Shown: positions 59,139-64,000 of the stretch, piece by piece | How positions within the stretch are numbered: the stretch's first letter is position 1 | How the letters are laid out: each line of letters opens with the position of its first letter | Position numbers and translations under genes: made by a program | The notes under the pieces: model-generated | The model's input: the letters and a program-made list of their open reading frames with translations, nothing else | The model's database searches: none | What the model was told of the DNA's origin: nothing | From: an uncultured Phycisphaerales bacterium | GTDB taxonomy: Bacteria > Planctomycetota > Phycisphaerae > Tepidisphaerales > Tepidisphaeraceae | Length of the DNA: 64,000 bases | Direction of reading: 5' to 3' | Assembly: GCA_963755915.1 (NCBI GenBank) | Contig: CAVWLP010000002.1 | Span: 3,360,001 to 3,424,000 of the forward strand

Positions 59139-60680
59139 ATGATGGCCCAAGCCGACGCTCTTCAGGCTGACGCTGTTTCCGCCAACGCGCTTCAGCTCAC
59201 TTCGATATCCAAGAGCTTCGGCGGGGTGTGCGCGCTGGACAACGTGTCGTTCGATCTGAATCTGGGCGAGGTCCACGCGCTGGTTGGGGAAAACGGGGCG
59301 GGGAAATCGACGCTGATCAAGATCATTACCGGGGCGATTCAGCCGGATGGGGGATCGATCCGCGCCTTCGGGAAATCGATCGACACGAATGACCCGGCGA
59401 CCTCGCGGCGACTGGGAATCGCGGCGATCTATCAGCAGCCGGCGCTGTTTCCCGATCTGACGGTGGCGGAGAATATTTCGCTGCGGCTGCGATCGGCGTC
59501 GCCGCTGAAAATCGTTCGGTGGAAAAGGCATCACGAGGAAGCGGGGGAGCTTCTGAGGCGGATCGGCGCGAATATTTCCAGCGACGCGCTGGTTCGCAAC
59601 CTGACCATGCCGCAGCAACAGCTTGTGGAGATTGCCTCGGCGCTCGGGGGGTCGGCACGGGTGCTGATTCTCGACGAGCCGACCTCTTCGCTTACCGATC
59701 GGGAAGTGGACAACCTTTTCCGCGTGATCGATCAGCTTCGGCGGCAGAATGTGGGGATGATTTACATATCCCACCGCATGGAAGAGCTTCCACGGATCGC
59801 GGACCGGGTGACGATCCTGCGGGATGGAAAGACCGTCGGCACGAAACGGATGGGGGAAGTGACGCGGCCGGAGCTCATTCGGTTGATGGTGGGGCGGGAA
59901 CTGTCGGCGGTGTTTCCCAAGATCGCGGTGCAGCCGGGGGAAGTTGTGCTTCGGACGCGGAATCTTGGGTGCTCCGAATCGGGGGTTCACTCGATTAACC
60001 TGGAATTGCGCGGGGGAGATTCTGGGGCTGGCGGGGCTGGTTGGCGCGGGGAGATCGGAATTGGCGCGGATTCTGTTTGGGCTGACTCCGGCCGACGGGG
60101 GGGAGATATTGCTGGGTGAGAAGTCTGTCCGAATTCATTCTCCTGCCGATGCGCTGCGGCGGCAGATTGCGTATGTGCCGGAGGACCGGCGGCGATATGG
60201 CGTCATCCTGGAAATGTCGATCGCGGCGAATACGACGCTGGCGATCTTGCGGCGAATCTCGCGGCTGGGGCTGATCGATTTTTGCGCGAGCAGTCGATTG
60301 CTTCGGATCTGGTGACGAGGCTTTCTACAAAGACCCCATCTGTGTTCGTGCCTGCGGGGCAGCTTTCCGGGGGAAATCAGCAGAAAGTGGCGCTGGCCCG
60401 CTGGCTGGCGACGCAACCGAGGATCATTATTCTGGATGAGCCTACGCAGGGAGTCGATGTGGGGGCGAAGGCAGAAATTCACCGCTTGATCAGCGAGCTG
60501 GCGGCGCGGGGGCTGGCGGTGTTGATGATTTCGTCGGAATTGCCGGAGATTTTGGGGATGAGCGATCGGATTGCGGTGATGCATGCGGGGACGATTGTGG
60601 GAACGCTGGCGCGGGCGGAGGCTACGCAGGAGAAGATTATCGAGCTGGCGCTGGGGCACAGGGCGGAGGCGGTGGCGTGA
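59139..60680 (+). CDS. Sugar (rhamnose-type) ABC ATP-binding protein (frameshifts at about 60010 and 60285)
   Basis: [40 protein letters not shown] and [12 protein letters not shown] across three frames. Confidence 0.92.
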
Positions 60681-61614
60681 TCGCCAAATATAAACGCGAG
60701 CTTTCGGTTGCCGCTGCGTATGCGGGGCTGCTGCTGCTTCTGGGTTTGGCGGCGCCGCGATTTTTCAGCGGGAATTCTCGGATACGTGGGTGCGGGCGGC
60801 GCCGACGCTGGTTGTCGCGGTGGGGATGACGCTGGTCATCATCGCACGGGAAATCGACATCTCCGTCGGGTCGCAGTTTTCGATTTGCGCGGTCGCGGCG
60901 GGCTTGATGGCGCAGGCTGGGTTTCACCTTCCGATCGTTGTCGGCGTGACGCTGCTGACCGGGGCGGCAATGGGGGCGCTGAATGGGTGGCTGATCGCGG
61001 GGCTGCGCCTGCCATCGATCGTCGTGACGCTGGCCACCATGGTGATCTTTCGGCAGGGGCTCTCGTGGGTGCGGCAGGGGGCTTTGATCACGGGGATGCC
61101 GTCGTATTTTCAGTGGTTTGGCGAGGGGCAGATGATTGGGGAGAAGCTCGTTGTCTTTTTGGCGATTGCTGTGTTCGTGATTTTTGCATGGTCGGCGCGG
61201 TGGCTGGGGCTCGGCAGGCAGGTTTACGCGGTTGGGTCGGACTCGGAAGCGGCGCGGCTTTCGGGGATCAATCCGACGCGCGTCGTGTTTGGGGTGTTCG
61301 TGCTGATGGGGCTTCTGGTTGGGCTGGCCGCGATTCTGGACTCGGTGCGATTCGGGGAAGTCGATCCCAAGGCGGGGGTGGGGCGCGAGCTTCAGGTCAT
61401 TGCGGCTGTTGTCGTTGGGGGAACCGCCATCACGGGAGGGCGGGGGCGAATGGTTGGTAGTTTGCTCGGGGTCATTCTGCTGGGAACGATTGGCGGGGCG
61501 ATGGTTTTTCTTAGCCCTGAAGCGAATTGGGACAAGGCGATTCAGGGGGCGATTATTTTGCTGGCCGTGGCTTCTGATGGACTGGGGCGGCGACGGGGAG
61601 TGGCGCACGTATGA
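60677..61614 (+). CDS. Sugar ABC permease (frameshift at about 60770)
   Basis: [45 protein letters not shown]. Confidence 0.9.
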
Positions 61615-63689
61615 CGACCATCGCCGCCAATCTGCCGAGTCCTTCGCGCAATATCCGGCTTGGGCAGCAGGCGATGCTTGCCGGGCTGGTGCTGGTGGAG
61701 ATTCTGGTCTTCTCGATCATCGGGACGAACTTTCTTACGTGGCGGAATTTCTTTCAGATTCCGCGGATCAATGTTGAGCTGGGGCTGCTGGCGCTGGCAA
61801 TGACGCCGGTGATCGTTACGGGCGGGATTGATCTTTCTGTTGGGTCGCTGCTGGGGCTGTGTGCCGTGGTGTTTGGAAAGCTCTGGCGCGACTGCGCATT
61901 TCGATCCGGCGCTAGCAGCGGCGGCGGTGGTTGCGCTGGGGGCGGCGGCGGGGGGACTTAATGCACTGCTTATCACACGACTGCGAATTCCTCCGCTTAT
62001 CGTTACCCTGGGCTCATATTCGCTGTTTCGTGGAGTCGCTGAGGGTGTCACGCGCGGCGTAGATAATTTCACTGACTTCCCGAGCTCATTCGTCTACCTC
62101 GGGCAGGGATATTTTTTTAAATCGATTCCGGTGCAGCTTCCGATTTTTGTCGTTGGCGCCGTCTTTTTCTGGGTTCTCCTTCACCGCAGCGCGATCGGGC
62201 GCACGCTGAGCGCCATTGGCTACTCGACCGAAGGCACTCGGCACGCGGGTGTTCCGGTCGAAAGGCGTATTGCTCTCGCGTATATCCTTTCCGGGCTGTG
62301 CGCCGGGTTGGCGGCCGTCATTTACGCGGCCCGCGTTGGGCAGGCGAAGGCGGATGCGGGAATCGATTACGAGCTTGCGGCGATCACCGCGGTGGTCCTC
62401 GGGGGCACGTCGATCTTTGGCGGGCGCGGGTCGATCGTGGGGACGTCGCTGGGGCTTTTCGCGATCGCAATCCTTCAGAACGGGCTTCTGCTTTCCGATC
62501 TTCCCAGCGAATTGGGCGGAATCCTTACCGGGGTATTATTATTACTGGCCATCGGCGCAGACTGGCGGCTTCGGCCGCCGGCTGCCAGAAAACTTGCGCC
62601 ACATGGCGCGGAGGAATTCGAAATGAAGAATTCGCAGCTTGCGGTGCTGTGCATTGTGATCCTGGCGGCGGCGGTGATTGTGACCGGCGGGAATTTTCTT
62701 TTGATCAGGAATCTGCCGGCGATCGCGCCGGCGCCGGCTTCGAGTTCGACTGGGCCGCAGACTTCAAACGCGACGCCGGCCGCGAAATCACTGACCATCG
62801 CCATGATGCCGAAGGCGAAGGGGAACGCCTACTTCATCGCGTGCGAGAAAGGGGCGGAGGAAGCGGCCAAGCAGCTTGGAGCGAACTTGATCTGGGACGG
62901 GCCCAACAACACCGATCCGGCCAAGCAAAACGAAATCGTGGAGACGTGGATCACCCGCGGCGTGGATGCGATTGCGATCTCGTGCGAGAACAAGGAAGGG
63001 GTTTCGACGGTTCTGCAGAAGGGCGCAATGCGGGGATTAAAGTCGTTACGTTTGACGCGGATGCCAATACGGATGCGCGGGATTTTTTTGTGAACCAGGC
63101 TACGCCGGAGGGGATCGGCGACATTTTGATGGACGATGCGGCGCAAACGCTCGGCGGCAAGGGGGACTTTGCGATCATTACGTCGACGCTTACGGCGTCG
63201 AATCAGAATGAATGGATCAAGTGGATCAAGAAACGGCTGGCGGACAAATATCCCGGGATCACGCTCGACACGCTGCAGCCGTGCGATGACAACCCGGATG
63301 AGGCGTTCGAAAAGGCGCAGTCGATTCTCAATGCGTATCCGAACGTGAAGTGCATCATGGCGATCTGCACGCCGGCAGTGCCGAAGGCGGCGGAGGCGGT
63401 GGAGCAGTCTGGGAGGTCGGATGTGCATGTGGTGGGGCTGGGGTTGCCGAATGAGAATAAGAAGTATGTGCATGAGGGAATTACTACTTCTGTAGTTCTT
63501 TGGAATACGATGGATCTGGGATACCTCACGATCTTTGCGGCGGAGGCGGATGTGAATGGGACGCTTAAAGCGGGCGATACTTCGCTGGATGCTGGGCGGC
63601 TGGGGAAGATGCAGGTGGTTGGGGACAATGTGCTGCTGGGGATTCCGTTTACGTTTACAAAGGACAATATTGATAATTTTGATTTTTGA
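61611..63689 (+). CDS. Fused ABC permease + rhamnose-type substrate-binding protein (frameshifts at about 61890 and 63025)
   Basis: The permease (GGIDLSVGS, YELAAITAVVLGG) reads in frame into the SBP (MMPKAKGNAYF, WDGP..DPAKQ). TFDADA, FFVNQA, NQNEWI and FTKDNIDNFDF follow after the second shift. Confidence 0.85.
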
Positions 63690-63699
63690 AATTCGGGAC

Positions 63700-63718
63700 C
63701 CCACGGCGGCGCCGTGGG
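63700..63718. repeat. Short REP-like palindrome CCCACGGC-GGC-GCCGTGGG
   Basis: Perfect 8-bp arms just after the SBP stop codon. Confidence 0.55.
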
Positions 63719-63730
63719 CGTTTCGGGACT

Positions 63731-63766
63731 AAAACGCGATCGCCTTGTGCGCTCGCGTTTTTTTTT
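63731..63766 (+). terminator. Rho-independent terminator, possibly bidirectional
   Basis: AAAACGCGA...TCGCGTTTTTTTTT stem with U-tract between convergent genes. Confidence 0.75.
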
Positions 63767-63786
63767 GCTTGAGAAAAATCAACTTT

Positions 63787-64000
63787 TCACATCGATGCAC
63801 GGGTTGAGGCTTGCGCGTTATCCGCACCGCGGCTGAGGCCTGGGCCGTGGGGGCCTTCGGCGAATTCTTCGATCATCTTGCGATTGAATGCGGGGATATC
63901 GTCTGGCTTGCGGCTGGTCACGACGCCGCGGTCGGTGACGACTTCCTGGTCGACCCAGGTGGCGCCGGCGTTGCGCAAATCCGTCTGTAGTGACGGCCAA
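63787..64000 (-). CDS. PfpI/DJ-1 family (type 1 glutamine amidotransferase-like) protein, C-terminal part
   Basis: [46 protein letters not shown]. Confidence 0.88.
   Translation of the reverse strand, partial: WPSLQTDLRNAGATWVDQEVVTDRGVVTSRKPDDIPAFNRKMIEEFAEGPHGPGLSRGADNAQASTRASM

Noticed and set aside
1-64000. Mass pseudogenisation or programmed frameshifting
   Set aside because: More than 20 single-base shifts hit conserved housekeeping genes (tsaB, recG, fliA, ftsW) whose sequences are otherwise intact, which is typical of long-read indel error. Reads would be needed to exclude individual real cases.
1-64000. CRISPR arrays, tRNA or rRNA genes
   Set aside because: No regularly spaced repeat-spacer array or recognisable tRNA/rRNA was seen. 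The repeats found are palindromic or gene-end duplicates.

Overview
GC-rich bacterial chromosomal window, most consistent with a planctomycete (Phycisphaerae/Tepidisphaerales-like). This is inferred from PEP-CTERM proteins with GDANLDG dockerin-like repeats, an ECF sigma with a long C-terminal extension, a CxxCGY-L-GL-CPECG zinc-ribbon protein and an expanded ACP. More than 20 single-base frameshifts fall in otherwise intact genes, including tsaB, recG, fliA and ftsW, which points to uncorrected long-read indel errors rather than mass pseudogenisation. Content in order: end of a flagellar operon (flhG, fliA); Rrf2-DedA-tsaB; ftsW-like gene; glycosylation genes; a complete IS4-family element with 9-bp target duplication; a GH71/99-like hydrolase; two PEP-CTERM/VPLPA-type surface proteins; a Tat-exported xanthine-dehydrogenase-family (PaoABC-like) operon with a Cys-rich protein and DUF1326; bioA, SAM hydrolase and pcm; recG; topA; a SMEK-domain putative defence gene; an ECF sigma; a sulfonate ABC transporter; a five-gene type II PKS/FAS-like cluster; and a pectin/rhamnogalacturonan utilisation locus. 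Most notable: (1) the 3' end of the DUF1326 gene is present three times in direct orientation, with surface-protein genes between the copies, suggesting repeated integrase-free cassette insertion; (2) a DH/pseudo-DH + oversized ACP + KS/CLF cluster of unknown product; (3) a bidirectional leaderless promoter in a 19-bp gap; (4) a 30-bp micro-element nested in two different palindromic repeats.
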